Shown here: positions 34,587-43,806 of the stretch, piece after piece | Position numbering within the stretch: position 1 is the first letter of the stretch | Layout: each line of letters starts with the position of its first letter | Origin: an uncultured bacterium | Lineage (GTDB): Bacteria > Cyanobacteriota > Vampirovibrionia > Gastranaerophilales > Gastranaerophilaceae | Assembly: GCA_949283255.1 (NCBI GenBank) | Contig: CASDRS010000001.1 | Span: 51,749 to 115,748, forward strand | DNA: 64,000 nucleotides | Direction of reading: 5' to 3' | Notes under the pieces: generated by a model | Databases searched by the model: none | The model's input: only the letters and a program-made list of their open reading frames with translations | Told to the model about the DNA's origin: nothing | Translations under genes and position numbers: made by a program

Positions 34587-36854
34587 CTAAAATTTGTATT
34601 CAGGGATTACAAATGGTTCATTGTTTGCATCTTTTTCTACAAATTTTAGGTAGTAGTTCATAGCTTTTTCTTTTGAGCTGTTATAGAATTTGTCTGAAAT
34701 ATATTTCTTGTGAAGCTCAGTTCTTTCTCCGGAGTAATTTCCCATAGCTCCTGCGTATGTTTCAAGAACTTCTTTGTTTGAACCGCCACCGTAAGCTTTT
34801 GTTTTTGCGTCTGTTCCTGACGGTCTTATTTCTATATATTTATCATCAAATTCAAGATAAGTTCCGTCTCCGACAAATTTTATTGATTTAAGGTTATCAA
34901 AAATCAAGCTCTTGAAGGTGTCGTTTAAGACTTCTTTTACGTTATCAACAGTCATTAAACCTTCTTTTACCGCAATTGCCATTGAAAGGTAGAATAAATC
35001 ATTTTTGGTTCTCTTAGCCTCTCCTGCAGTTTTTGCTTCTTTTAATTTATTGATATCGGGTTCGGATTCATTGTAATAAGCTATATCAACACGTGTATCA
35101 TATCTGCCAACAATTTCATTTTTATCAAATATTGTTTTTAAATATGATGATAGCGGAAGGTCTTTGAGTTTTGCTATCAGTGCTGATGCAACAATGATTG
35201 CTTCTGTTGCACTCTTTTCTCTCATAGCAATAGCAGATCTTCCTGCTAATGATTTGATTAAATCTTCGGTACCCATAATCATTCCGCCTGATTCTTCTCC
35301 ACCAAACAGCAAGCGAGGGTTTTTACCAAGATTTATTGAGTTGCCGAATACATCATCAATGATAACCTCTTTATCAGGTTCTCGTTTTAATTTCAGTTCT
35401 ACTTTTTTCATTATGTTCGCAATTTCTTTAAATCCGACCGGAACATTTACAACTTTTACACCTTGCTTAGCTGCCCATTCATCCCATGATAGTGCAGAAG
35501 CTGTTGTTTTTATCATAAATCTTGGGTGTTTGCTCCATAAGTCTTCGACTTTCAACTGTTTAGCCCAGAAATCCATCAGCATTAAAAATGCTTGGTTTGC
35601 CGTAAATACCGTTAGAACTGTGTTTTCGTTAAGTTTTACATAATCAATGCCGTTTCTTTCAAGATAAGGTATTCTTTCTGAACTTTCAGTCTGTGTAATA
35701 GTGAGTCTGTCGTGATCAGGGTCGGTTATTAAAACAGCCGTCCCGATTGGCATATCTTTAAGTTTTTCATCGTAATGAAGAGTTTCTATCACAGGAAAAT
35801 ACTTTTCGCCATTTTTTCTTTTTGCAAGAACTGTTGCATCAACCGAGTAGTCGTAAAAAGCTTTCTCACCTTTAGGAGTTTCATCGTATTTACCTATAGA
35901 ATGGAAAAATGGATCTTCTTCTATGTTGAACCATACAAATTTATCAGAAATTTTTAATTTATCCATTACTCTTGATAATGTTCTGTAAGCTGAACCGCCG
36001 ACATTTTCTATAGCGATTTTTCCATTAAAATTCTTGATTAAATTTAGGTTGATGTCTTTTGCAACACCTGATTGTAGGTATTCAACGTACAAGTCAACAC
36101 CGTCATTTAGTTTGCTCATTATATTTTCATCAATTAAAGGATTGTCTTTTGCGGCAATCTTAATTGTGTAAGAGCCTTTCTTTTCAGTTTCGTCAAATAT
36201 TTCTTGAATTTTATTGACAAACTCTAATGATTCTTCAGGAAGGTATTGTGAGCCTTGTGAATTTAAGTCCTTTGTTGCATTTTTTACAGAAATTCCGTGG
36301 CTGGAAGTTATGTATTCTCCGCCTACAAGGTCAAGTTTGAATGCTAAAAACGATGCAAGCCAGATCGGAATAGTTTTTCTCCCGACAGGGACTATGGTTT
36401 TAATACCTTGAGCAGCTTGAATTCTTGCAATTGCGTCTAAAAACAATGCAGAATTATATCTGACTTCTCTGCCTGCAACTTTTAGGATTTCTTTCCCTTT
36501 ATATTTTTCTTTTGCGACAAGAGCTTTTGCTAATGTTGCAAGTACTATTCCTACTAAATTGATTGGAAATCTTGTATCCTGAGGAAATAAAATATTTTGC
36601 GGACCTCTGATTCCGGCTGTGGAAACTTTGGCTTCTTTTGAGTAATTTGCAAACCAATCATATAAGTTTAATCCTTCAGGATTTTTAGCTGCATCGTATG
36701 GCTTAAGATGTTCTTTCTTTAGAGTAAATGTGAATTCTCCATCTTGTGAAAAATCCATTAAATCCATATCTTTTATGTAATCAGGTGTCTTGTTCCAGAC
36801 ACTTTTAAATAATTCGTTTTCGAGTTTATTTTTTGATGTCTTGCATTCTTTCAT
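34587..36854 (-). CDS. alpha-D-phosphohexomutase superfamily protein (large, divergent)
   Basis: All four superfamily loops can be found: TSSHG (phosphoserine loop, normally T/G-A-S-H-N-P), DPDHDR (metal loop), GGEESGG (sugar loop) and RPSGTD (phosphate loop). The ATG at 36854 follows GAAGGGAG. Confidence 0.7.
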   Translation of the reverse strand: MKECKTSKNKLENELFKSVWNKTPDYIKDMDLMDFSQDGEFTFTLKKEHLKPYDAAKNPEGLNLYDWFANYSKEAKVSTAGIRGPQNILFPQDTRFPINLVGIVLATLAKALVAKEKYKGKEILKVAGREVRYNSALFLDAIARIQAAQGIKTIVPVGRKTIPIWLASFLAFKLDLVGGEYITSSHGISVKNATKDLNSQGSQYLPEESLEFVNKIQEIFDETEKKGSYTIKIAAKDNPLIDENIMSKLNDGVDLYVEYLQSGVAKDINLNLIKNFNGKIAIENVGGSAYRTLSRVMDKLKISDKFVWFNIEEDPFFHSIGKYDETPKGEKAFYDYSVDATVLAKRKNGEKYFPVIETLHYDEKLKDMPIGTAVLITDPDHDRLTITQTESSERIPYLERNGIDYVKLNENTVLTVFTANQAFLMLMDFWAKQLKVEDLWSKHPRFMIKTTASALSWDEWAAKQGVKVVNVPVGFKEIANIMKKVELKLKREPDKEVIIDDVFGNSINLGKNPRLLFGGEESGGMIMGTEDLIKSLAGRSAIAMREKSATEAIIVASALIAKLKDLPLSSYLKTIFDKNEIVGRYDTRVDIAYYNESEPDINKLKEAKTAGEAKRTKNDLFYLSMAIAVKEGLMTVDNVKEVLNDTFKSLIFDNLKSIKFVGDGTYLEFDDKYIEIRPSGTDAKTKAYGGGSNKEVLETYAGAMGNYSGERTELHKKYISDKFYNSSKEKAMNYYLKFVEKDANNEPFVIPEYKF

Positions 36855-36977
36855 AATTTCTCCCTTCACTGGTGTTAATTATACAATAAATAAGCAAATA
36901 TTGGAAATAGTTCTTTAATCCTTGTAAAACGGAGGGCTTTGTGCTAAAATCTTGTTACAGGTTAGGGAGTGTATACA

Positions 36978-37670
36978 ATGTCCAAAGAGAAAGAGAAAAA
37001 ATCTTATACAAAGAGAACACCAGAACAGTTTAATAAATGGCGTTCTTTATTCCAAGTTTTGGTTTGCAAGTTCTTTTATATGATAAGGTTTAAGCTTGTA
37101 TATCGATTAGAAGTTAACGGACTCGAAAATGTCCCGAAAGATAATGCTTATATTGTTTGTCCAAATCACCTTTCAACTCTTGATCCGCCTTTGGTAGTCG
37201 GAGTATTGCCAAGAAATATTTCTTTTATGGCAAAAAAAGAGTTGTTTGATATAAAATTTTTGAGATGGTGGATAGATTGGCTCGGCGCCTTCGCCGTTAA
37301 TAGAGAAAGTCTCGGTCCTTCTACCATTAAAACCGTTATGGCAATTAAAAAAAGCGAGTGGGTTTTTGGTATTTTCCCTCAAGGTACAAGAGGGGTTCCA
37401 GGTGAAATCCGTGGGGTTACAAAAGGATTCGCCGGACTTGCTAAGATTACAAAGTGTGCAATTTTACCTGTCGGAATTGTCGGCACTAATGAAGTTAAAA
37501 GACTTCCTTTTAGCGGTAAGATTGTCGTAAATATCGGAAAACCTATTCCTTACAGTGATGATATTGATGATATGGTTTCAAAATGGGTTGAGGCTATTCA
37601 AAGCTTGACCGGTTTTAAATATATTCCTGATGATACAAATCCCGAAAAGATTGGAGTTAAGAATGGCTAA
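36978..37670 (+). CDS. plsC: 1-acyl-sn-glycerol-3-phosphate acyltransferase family protein
   Basis: HX4D motif PNHLSTLD, then FPQGTR and a membrane-associated N-terminus. The ATG at 36978 lies 8 nt after TAGGGAG. Confidence 0.8.
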   Translation: MSKEKEKKSYTKRTPEQFNKWRSLFQVLVCKFFYMIRFKLVYRLEVNGLENVPKDNAYIVCPNHLSTLDPPLVVGVLPRNISFMAKKELFDIKFLRWWIDWLGAFAVNRESLGPSTIKTVMAIKKSEWVFGIFPQGTRGVPGEIRGVTKGFAGLAKITKCAILPVGIVGTNEVKRLPFSGKIVVNIGKPIPYSDDIDDMVSKWVEAIQSLTGFKYIPDDTNPEKIGVKNG

Positions 37671-38379
37671 AGCTGAGAGAAATTATAACAGACGTTATGC
37701 ATCTGAATATAATGTTTTTAGGTCTATATGGTATATGACCTTCCTTTATACTGTAGTTATTCCGTTTTTTTCTATTTTTTATGATTATGAAATTACAGGA
37801 CAAGAGAATTTACCAAAGTGGAATAAGCGTGATAAATATATCTTTACGGCAAATCACGTCTCAATATTTGATCCGTTCTTAGTTCCTATGGCTGCAAAAA
37901 AACTGATTGCTTTTATGGCTAAGAAGGAACTTTTCGATGATAAGGAAAAGTTTAGCAAATTAATTAAGTCTTTAGGCGCTTTTTCTGTTGATAGAGTGAA
38001 ACCTGAAATTGCTACGTTTAAAACAGTAAGGGATATTTTTACAACAAGCTGGTCTTTGGGTGTTTTTCCTCAGGGCGGAACTAGACCTTACGGCAAATTA
38101 GAAGAGATTAAAAAAGGCTTTGTTGTTATTGCCAAAAATGCGAAGGCTGATATAATCCCTGTTGCAATTGGTGGCTTTACTGGTTATCCTCAGTTAAAAC
38201 CTTTCAAAAAGCAGAAGGTGCGTTTGCATATTTGCAAGCCTATTTCATACACGCTTCCTATTGATGAAGTTATTTATCGCTGGTGTGAAGAAATTTCTCA
38301 GCATGCTGAATATGAAAATTGTGCACCACTTCCTGAATCTTTTAAAACTCAGGAGACTTTGGAAACAGTTAAGTCCTAG
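37663..38379 (+). CDS. plsC: 1-acyl-sn-glycerol-3-phosphate acyltransferase family protein (second paralog)
   Basis: HX4D motif ANHVSIFD, then FPQGGTR. The ATG at 37663 overlaps the upstream stop (ATGGCTAA). Confidence 0.75.
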   Translation: MAKAERNYNRRYASEYNVFRSIWYMTFLYTVVIPFFSIFYDYEITGQENLPKWNKRDKYIFTANHVSIFDPFLVPMAAKKLIAFMAKKELFDDKEKFSKLIKSLGAFSVDRVKPEIATFKTVRDIFTTSWSLGVFPQGGTRPYGKLEEIKKGFVVIAKNAKADIIPVAIGGFTGYPQLKPFKKQKVRLHICKPISYTLPIDEVIYRWCEEISQHAEYENCAPLPESFKTQETLETVKS

Positions 38380-38427
38380 TTCCTTAGCAGATACGCACGA
38401 TTTTGATTTAAAAGTTTTATTATATAA

Positions 38428-38462
38428 TAAAAAGCCCTTTAGTTTTGCTAAAGGGCTTTTTC
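38428..38462. terminator. bidirectional intrinsic terminator
   Basis: AAAAAGCCCTTTAG-TTTTG-CTAAAGGGCTTTTT, lying between convergent genes. Confidence 0.75.
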
Positions 38463-38503
38463 GCTGTCTTATTTAAAGAAAGGAATTTAGTTTATATTAC
38501 TAA

Positions 38504-39760
38504 TTATGCAGCTTGTTTTGTTTCTTCTTTTTCAGGAGCTTTCATTTCTACTGTTTTTGCTTCTGATTGAGGAGCTTCTGGTTGCTTTGCTTCTTCAGCT
38601 TTTGGGACTTCTGCTGTTGCGTCTGCCTTTGGAGCTTCTGCTGCTGTTTCAGCTTTTGGAGCTTCAGCTGCTGCATCTGCCTTTGGAGCTTCTGCAGGAG
38701 CCATTGCATTTAATTTTTCCAAAGCTAAGGTTGCTGCTTCTTGAACTCCTTTGTCTTGATCTTTTTGTGCAATTGTGAAGATTGTATTCAAGTCTTTTTG
38801 GTATGCTGGGTTTTGAATATAGCTCAATGCTTCAATTGCTGATGTTCTTACCATTGGGTTTGCGTTGTTCTTTAACTGTTCAACGATTGTTACTGCTCCA
38901 GGTAATTCTGTTAGCGGAACTGTTGAGTTAGTTAACTTTTGTACTTCATCAGCATATAGTTTTTGCATTATTGCTGATGTGAACATTGCGTAACTCTTAT
39001 TCCTTTCAGCTTGTTCTAATGGAGAAATTGTTGTTGCAAGTTTCTTTTCGTCTTCTGTCAGTTGTTGGTTAGATGCGAGTTTTTGTCTTGCTGCAACTTG
39101 CTCCTTGCTAGGTCCTTGTAAGCTGCTTGTGTCTGCTGTGATGATATTTGTTAAAGCATCTACAATTTTAGAATCTAATAATTCTGTTGCTTTCTTAGGA
39201 TCTTCGTTAACCATGTTAGCTATTTCTTCCATCCCTGATGCTTGAACATCATAGTCAGGGTTTGTTAATTTAGCTATAAAAGAATTTAAATCTACCTGTG
39301 GTGTTACAGGTGCAGGCGGAACAACGTCTACAGGTTTTCCTGCTGCATCAGCTGCTTTTGGAGCTTCTTGAGGTTGTGTTACAACCGGAGCCGGAACTAC
39401 TTGTGGTGCAGGTACTGTCGGAACTTCTGCTGCCTTTGGTGCTTCTGCTACTGTTGGTGGAACCATTACAGGTGCTTGAGGAGCAGCTGGAGGAAGTTGT
39501 GGAGCTTGTGTCTCCGGTGTTGTGATAACCGGTGGCATGTAATATGGTTGAACCGGTGCCTGCGGATAACTGTATAGTTGCGCTTGCGGATAATTATAGT
39601 ATGGCATTGTTGGTGTCGCATACTGTGGAACTTGTTGTTGAACCGGTACTTGTGCCGGTACATTGACCATTGGATTGTGAACGTCAATCTTTACTGCATT
39701 GTAATTAGGTTGTGGAACCTGTGCATAATTGTAATTGGGTAAATTTGGAATTTGCATCAT
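38504..39760 (-). CDS. Y/P/Q-rich low-complexity plus HEAT-repeat protein with a C-terminal AEAPKA repeat tail
   Basis: About 165 aa of P/Q/Y/V-rich sequence is followed by HEAT / PBS-lyase-like repeats (MVRTSAIEALSYI and GVQEAATLALEKL) and four 9-aa repeats. The ATG at 39760 follows AAGGA. Confidence 0.65.
   Translation of the reverse strand: MMQIPNLPNYNYAQVPQPNYNAVKIDVHNPMVNVPAQVPVQQQVPQYATPTMPYYNYPQAQLYSYPQAPVQPYYMPPVITTPETQAPQLPPAAPQAPVMVPPTVAEAPKAAEVPTVPAPQVVPAPVVTQPQEAPKAADAAGKPVDVVPPAPVTPQVDLNSFIAKLTNPDYDVQASGMEEIANMVNEDPKKATELLDSKIVDALTNIITADTSSLQGPSKEQVAARQKLASNQQLTEDEKKLATTISPLEQAERNKSYAMFTSAIMQKLYADEVQKLTNSTVPLTELPGAVTIVEQLKNNANPMVRTSAIEALSYIQNPAYQKDLNTIFTIAQKDQDKGVQEAATLALEKLNAMAPAEAPKADAAAEAPKAETAAEAPKADATAEVPKAEEAKQPEAPQSEAKTVEMKAPEKEETKQAA
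38588..38695 (-). repeat. in-frame 27-nt tandem repeat (4 units)
   Basis: It encodes AEAPKADAA / AEAPKAETA / AEAPKADAT / AEVPKAEEA. At DNA level the units appear as repeated GCTTCTGC...CTTTGGAGC. Confidence 0.8.
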
Positions 39761-39933
39761 TTTATCATTTCCTTTCAATAAATAATTGTCTATTCCTATT
39801 CTACCTTTTAAATACTCCTCAAGAAAATAAATTGCTATATTTCAATTTTTTTTTAATAATTCTTAACAATGACTTGCCTCTACGCAAGCTAAAATTCAAA
39901 TATATTTATATTTTTGGGATTTTTAAATATTTA

Positions 39934-39942
39934 TGTTATAAT
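39934..39942 (+). promoter_or_regulatory. extended -10 promoter element
   Basis: TGTTATAAT (TGnTATAAT) about 58 nt upstream of the transketolase-C ATG. Confidence 0.4.
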
Positions 39943-39999
39943 GCTGTCGAGGGTATTTTTTGTATAACCTGACAGGATTAGTTGAGGTATTTGTAGAAA

Positions 40000-40962
40000 A
40001 TGCAGATAAATTTTAATGATCGTAAGTCTATTAGGAGCGCTTTGGGGAAAGCTCTTGTGGAAGTAGGTAAAAGTAATCCGAATGTAGTAGTATTGGATGC
40101 GGATCTGGCATGCTCCACTCAGACTCAGTTGTTTAAAAAAGAAATTCCAGAAAGATTTTTTGACATGGGTATTTCAGAGCAGGATATGCTTGCTACGGCT
40201 GCAGGTTTAGCTTCTGTAGGAAAGGTCCCTTTTGCCGCTAGTTTTGCTGTGTTTGCTACAGGTAGGGCTTATGATCAAATCAGAAACTCTATTTGCTATC
40301 CTGAATTTAATGTAAAAATAATAGGAACTCACGGTGGAGTTACTGTTGGGGAAGATGGTGCAAGCCATCAGGCGTTGGAAGATATTTCTTTGATGAGAGG
40401 GCTTCCTAACATGTCTGTGATTGTTCCAGCTGATTGCAGGGAATGCCGTGAGGTTATAAAGTTTGCGGCTGAAAATTACGGCCCGATGTATATACGCATA
40501 CCACGTTCTAATGTTTGCGACATTTTCGCAGATGATTATGAATTTGATTTTTGCAAGGCTCGTGTTCTTCGTGAGGGAACTGACGTTACGGTTGTTACTA
40601 ATGGCGAAACTCTTGCAGAAGTCCTTCAGGCTGCTATGATACTTGAAAAAGAAGGGTATTCAATTCAAGTTATTCATGTTCCTGTAGTTAAGCCGTTGGA
40701 TGATGCTACAATTATTGAAAAGGCTAAACAGACTAAGTTTGTTATTACCGTTGAAAACCATTCTATAATTGGCGGGCTTGGCAGTGCCGTTTGTGAACTG
40801 CTTTCATATTATTACCCAATGCCTGTTATAAGAATTGGGGTTAATGATACTTTTGGACAAAGCGGTAAGAGCGAAGAGCTTTTGGATTATTACGGATTGA
40901 GTGCCGAAAAGCTTTCAAAAAATATAAAAAAACAAATTGACAGATATCGTCTAGTAAAGTAA
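40000..40962 (+). CDS. transketolase, C-terminal (pyrimidine-binding plus C-terminal domain) subunit
   Basis: 320 aa with FFDMGISEQDMLATAAGLA and GEDGASHQALEDISLMR. Length and motifs fit the C-terminal half of a split transketolase. Confidence 0.85.
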   Translation: MQINFNDRKSIRSALGKALVEVGKSNPNVVVLDADLACSTQTQLFKKEIPERFFDMGISEQDMLATAAGLASVGKVPFAASFAVFATGRAYDQIRNSICYPEFNVKIIGTHGGVTVGEDGASHQALEDISLMRGLPNMSVIVPADCRECREVIKFAAENYGPMYIRIPRSNVCDIFADDYEFDFCKARVLREGTDVTVVTNGETLAEVLQAAMILEKEGYSIQVIHVPVVKPLDDATIIEKAKQTKFVITVENHSIIGGLGSAVCELLSYYYPMPVIRIGVNDTFGQSGKSEELLDYYGLSAEKLSKNIKKQIDRYRLVK

Positions 40963-40974
40963 AAAGGATATTAT

Positions 40975-41652
40975 ATGATTCAATTCAGATCGGTTACAAA
41001 AAAATATAAAAACGGCAATTATGCGCTTAAAAATATTAATCTGGATATATTGTCCGGAGAGTTCGTTTTTATTGTTGGTGCATCTGGTGCCGGTAAGTCT
41101 ACTTTGATGAAGCTTTTATACCACGAAGAGTGCCCTACAAGCGGTACTGTTACTATCGGCGGTATAAATATTGCTAATCTTTCTAATGACAAAGTCCCAA
41201 GCTTAAGAAGATGTATGGGAATTGTCTTTCAGGATTATAAGCTTTTGCAAAATATGAGCATTTATGACAACGTTGCTTATGTTATAAGAACGCTGGGTAT
41301 TAGTTCCAGAGAAATTCATGCCCGCGTTACTGGTGCTTTAAAAATTGTAGGTTTAGAAAATAAAATCCATGCCACTCCGGCTGAGTTATCCGGTGGAGAA
41401 CAGCAAAGAGTCGGGATTGCAAGAGCAATTGTTAACGGTCCTCCGTTATTGATTGCTGATGAACCTACAGGAAACCTTGATCCGAAAAACTCTTTGGAAA
41501 TTATGCAAATATTGGATCAAATTAACCAAAGAGGGATTACGGTTATTGTTTCTACCCATGATAACGCTATGGTAGATTATTTTAGGAAAAGAGTTATTAC
41601 CCTTGATAAGGGCGAAGTTGTAAGGGATATTCAAGCAGGTACTTATGAGTAA
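40975..41652 (+). CDS. ftsE: cell division ATP-binding protein FtsE
   Basis: Walker A GASGAGKST, ABC signature LSGGEQQR and Walker B LLIADEPT. About 225 aa, directly upstream of ftsX. Confidence 0.9.
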   Translation: MIQFRSVTKKYKNGNYALKNINLDILSGEFVFIVGASGAGKSTLMKLLYHEECPTSGTVTIGGINIANLSNDKVPSLRRCMGIVFQDYKLLQNMSIYDNVAYVIRTLGISSREIHARVTGALKIVGLENKIHATPAELSGGEQQRVGIARAIVNGPPLLIADEPTGNLDPKNSLEIMQILDQINQRGITVIVSTHDNAMVDYFRKRVITLDKGEVVRDIQAGTYE

Positions 41653-42553
41653 TCAAAAATCTAAAATTAAAAAAGAAGCTAAAAAATATATACCAAAAGA
41701 TTGGCTGTGCGAACTTAGAATTCTATACAGACTGTCTATGGAAACTTTTTATGATGTGAAAAGGACCGGTATTGTTAATTTGGTCATAATTACTACTATG
41801 GCTGCAATTTTGACTATATTCGGATCTTTCTTCAGATCTGCGATGTCGATTTCATCATTTGCTAATGAACTCGGTAATGTATTGGAAATTTCTGTTTATT
41901 TGAAGTCTAATACGGATCCTAACCTTGTTAAAAACAGAGTTAGCGAGTTTGAGCATGTTGAAAGTGTAAAAATTATTCCTAAAGATCAGTCTTGGGCTGA
42001 TTTGAAGCGTGAGATGAAATTGCCTGATATTTCTAATCCGCTTCCTGATACTTTGCATGTTAAGGTTGATAAGCCTGAAAATATTGATGCTGTGTTTGCT
42101 AATATTAAGAACTTAACCTCTGTTGAGGATATGAGTTATGCTCAGCAGTTAGCAAAGAAAATTCAGACTCTTAACCATGTTGTAAATACTTTGACTGTGT
42201 TTGTTGTTATTATTATGGGTATGCTTACTGTAACCATTATTAATAATACTATTCAGTTGGTTATTCAATCAAGAAAAGATGAAATTGAAATTATGCGTTT
42301 GATGGGTGTAAGTAACTGGTATATAAGATTCCCGCTTATTATGCAGGGTGCATTTTATGGATTTAGCGGTGCGATTGTTGCATTTATTCCGCTTCATTTC
42401 GTTGAGAACGGGTTGATACATATGCATCAATTCTTTATGGTGCCTAATCCTGTTTTTGCTCAGACTATTGTCGCTATAACAATGCTTGCTATGGGAATAT
42501 TGTTTGGTGCAGGCGGAAGCTTCTTGTGTATTAAAAAGCATCTGCAAGTTTAG
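41645..42553 (+). CDS. ftsX: cell division permease-like protein FtsX
   Basis: 302 aa with TM1, a periplasmic domain and three C-terminal TM helices. It overlaps ftsE by 8 nt. Confidence 0.8.
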   Translation: MSNQKSKIKKEAKKYIPKDWLCELRILYRLSMETFYDVKRTGIVNLVIITTMAAILTIFGSFFRSAMSISSFANELGNVLEISVYLKSNTDPNLVKNRVSEFEHVESVKIIPKDQSWADLKREMKLPDISNPLPDTLHVKVDKPENIDAVFANIKNLTSVEDMSYAQQLAKKIQTLNHVVNTLTVFVVIIMGMLTVTIINNTIQLVIQSRKDEIEIMRLMGVSNWYIRFPLIMQGAFYGFSGAIVAFIPLHFVENGLIHMHQFFMVPNPVFAQTIVAITMLAMGILFGAGGSFLCIKKHLQV

Positions 42554-42564
42554 ATTATAAAGTT

Positions 42565-43806
42565 ATGAATACTGTTGTGTTAATTACAAATAAAGAGGAT
42601 ATAAAAGAGACTCTTGGTTCAAATTTGGTTTTATTGAGAGAGTCTGATGAGATTTTATGCTCTTCTTATGATGATGCTCCTGATCTTGTGCATAATAAAC
42701 GTCCTGATATTGTAATTATTCACGAAAATGAAGACCGCTCTAAGACTATTAATTTAGTAAAATATTTTAAGGAAAAAAAGGTTTTTGATAATACAAATAT
42801 TATTCTTTTAGTTGATAAGTATGATAGAGATTTTATTCTTAATGCTTATGATGAGGGGATTGATGATTATTTCTCTATGGGAGCTGATCCTTCAGAGATG
42901 CTTATTCGGACCATTAATGTTATAAAAAAATCCGAAAAGAATAAAGAGTTGAAACGTCTGAAATATTATCTCTCTACTTACGGAATATTGTCTGATAAGA
43001 GTGGATTTATCAGTGCTAAATTTTCAAAAGAAATTTTTGAGTTGGAACTAATAAATAATGATTTTGCAGATGGTTCTTTTATGATAATTGCGCCTGATGA
43101 TGAAGGCAAAAAAGTCTTTTCTGATTCCAAAATGAATTTGGCTATAAGAAATTCTATAAGAATTGGCGATTTGGTGTCAGAGTTTTCAGGGTCAAAGTAT
43201 TATTTATTGTTAGATTCTGGTATTAGCGGAGCGGTTGCTGTATTAAATAAGATTAAGGCTCAGCTGCCTGAGGAGTTGACGGTGAAGGCCGGTTTGGTCA
43301 ATGTTTCATCAAAGAAATTTGAAGAGATAGAGAAAAAGGCTACTTGTGCTTTAAATGAGGCTTTGATGGATGATAAAGATTATGTTGTGTATTCGGAGAA
43401 GCTGCCGACTTCTGATGATTGGCTTGTTGAGGACGAAGATAACGCTAAATCTTACAAGTTTTTCAGGGGTGTTTACTGTAAAAAGTTAGAGAAGGTTATA
43501 GCTCCTGTGTTTTACAGGCTCCAAAGTACTTATGAAGAAAAACTTATTAATACTAAGATTGAGCAGTATACTGATGAAAAACAGAGTGTTTTTTGCTTGA
43601 TTAATTCGAGATGCGAAAGCCGTTTAAAGATTGTATATCCGGGTTTTTCAAAGGTTATAGTGTATATTGTTCATTCAGGTTTGGATAGTCCTGAAAATCG
43701 TGAAATTTCTCTTCCTATAAATAAAATTACTTACAAGGAAATTTCTGATATTGTAGAAGATTTTATAAATGAGTTTATTGAATATATAAATAAGGAGACT
43801 TTTTAG
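42565..43806 (+). CDS. pseudo-receiver plus degenerate GGDEF-like protein with an unknown C-terminal domain
   Basis: REC-like fold signature with all phospho-chemistry residues replaced. The GGDEF-fold signature has FSGSKY in place of YGGDEF. See findings. Confidence 0.55.
   Translation: MNTVVLITNKEDIKETLGSNLVLLRESDEILCSSYDDAPDLVHNKRPDIVIIHENEDRSKTINLVKYFKEKKVFDNTNIILLVDKYDRDFILNAYDEGIDDYFSMGADPSEMLIRTINVIKKSEKNKELKRLKYYLSTYGILSDKSGFISAKFSKEIFELELINNDFADGSFMIIAPDDEGKKVFSDSKMNLAIRNSIRIGDLVSEFSGSKYYLLLDSGISGAVAVLNKIKAQLPEELTVKAGLVNVSSKKFEEIEKKATCALNEALMDDKDYVVYSEKLPTSDDWLVEDEDNAKSYKFFRGVYCKKLEKVIAPVFYRLQSTYEEKLINTKIEQYTDEKQSVFCLINSRCESRLKIVYPGFSKVIVYIVHSGLDSPENREISLPINKITYKEISDIVEDFINEFIEYINKETF

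Noticed and set aside
38588-38695. Regular 27-nt repeats, considered as a possible CRISPR or other non-coding array.
   Set aside because: The units are contiguous with no spacers, in frame, and translate to AEAPKAxxA repeats within a long ORF. This is a coding tandem repeat.
38506-39577. Plus-strand ORFs of 69-90 aa rich in L/E/Q/V (38506-38778, 39298-39525, 39368-39577).
   Set aside because: They are antisense shadows of the Pro/Ala/Gln-rich minus-strand gene. The repetitive GCT/GGA/TGG codons read open on the opposite strand. They have no SD and no independent motif.
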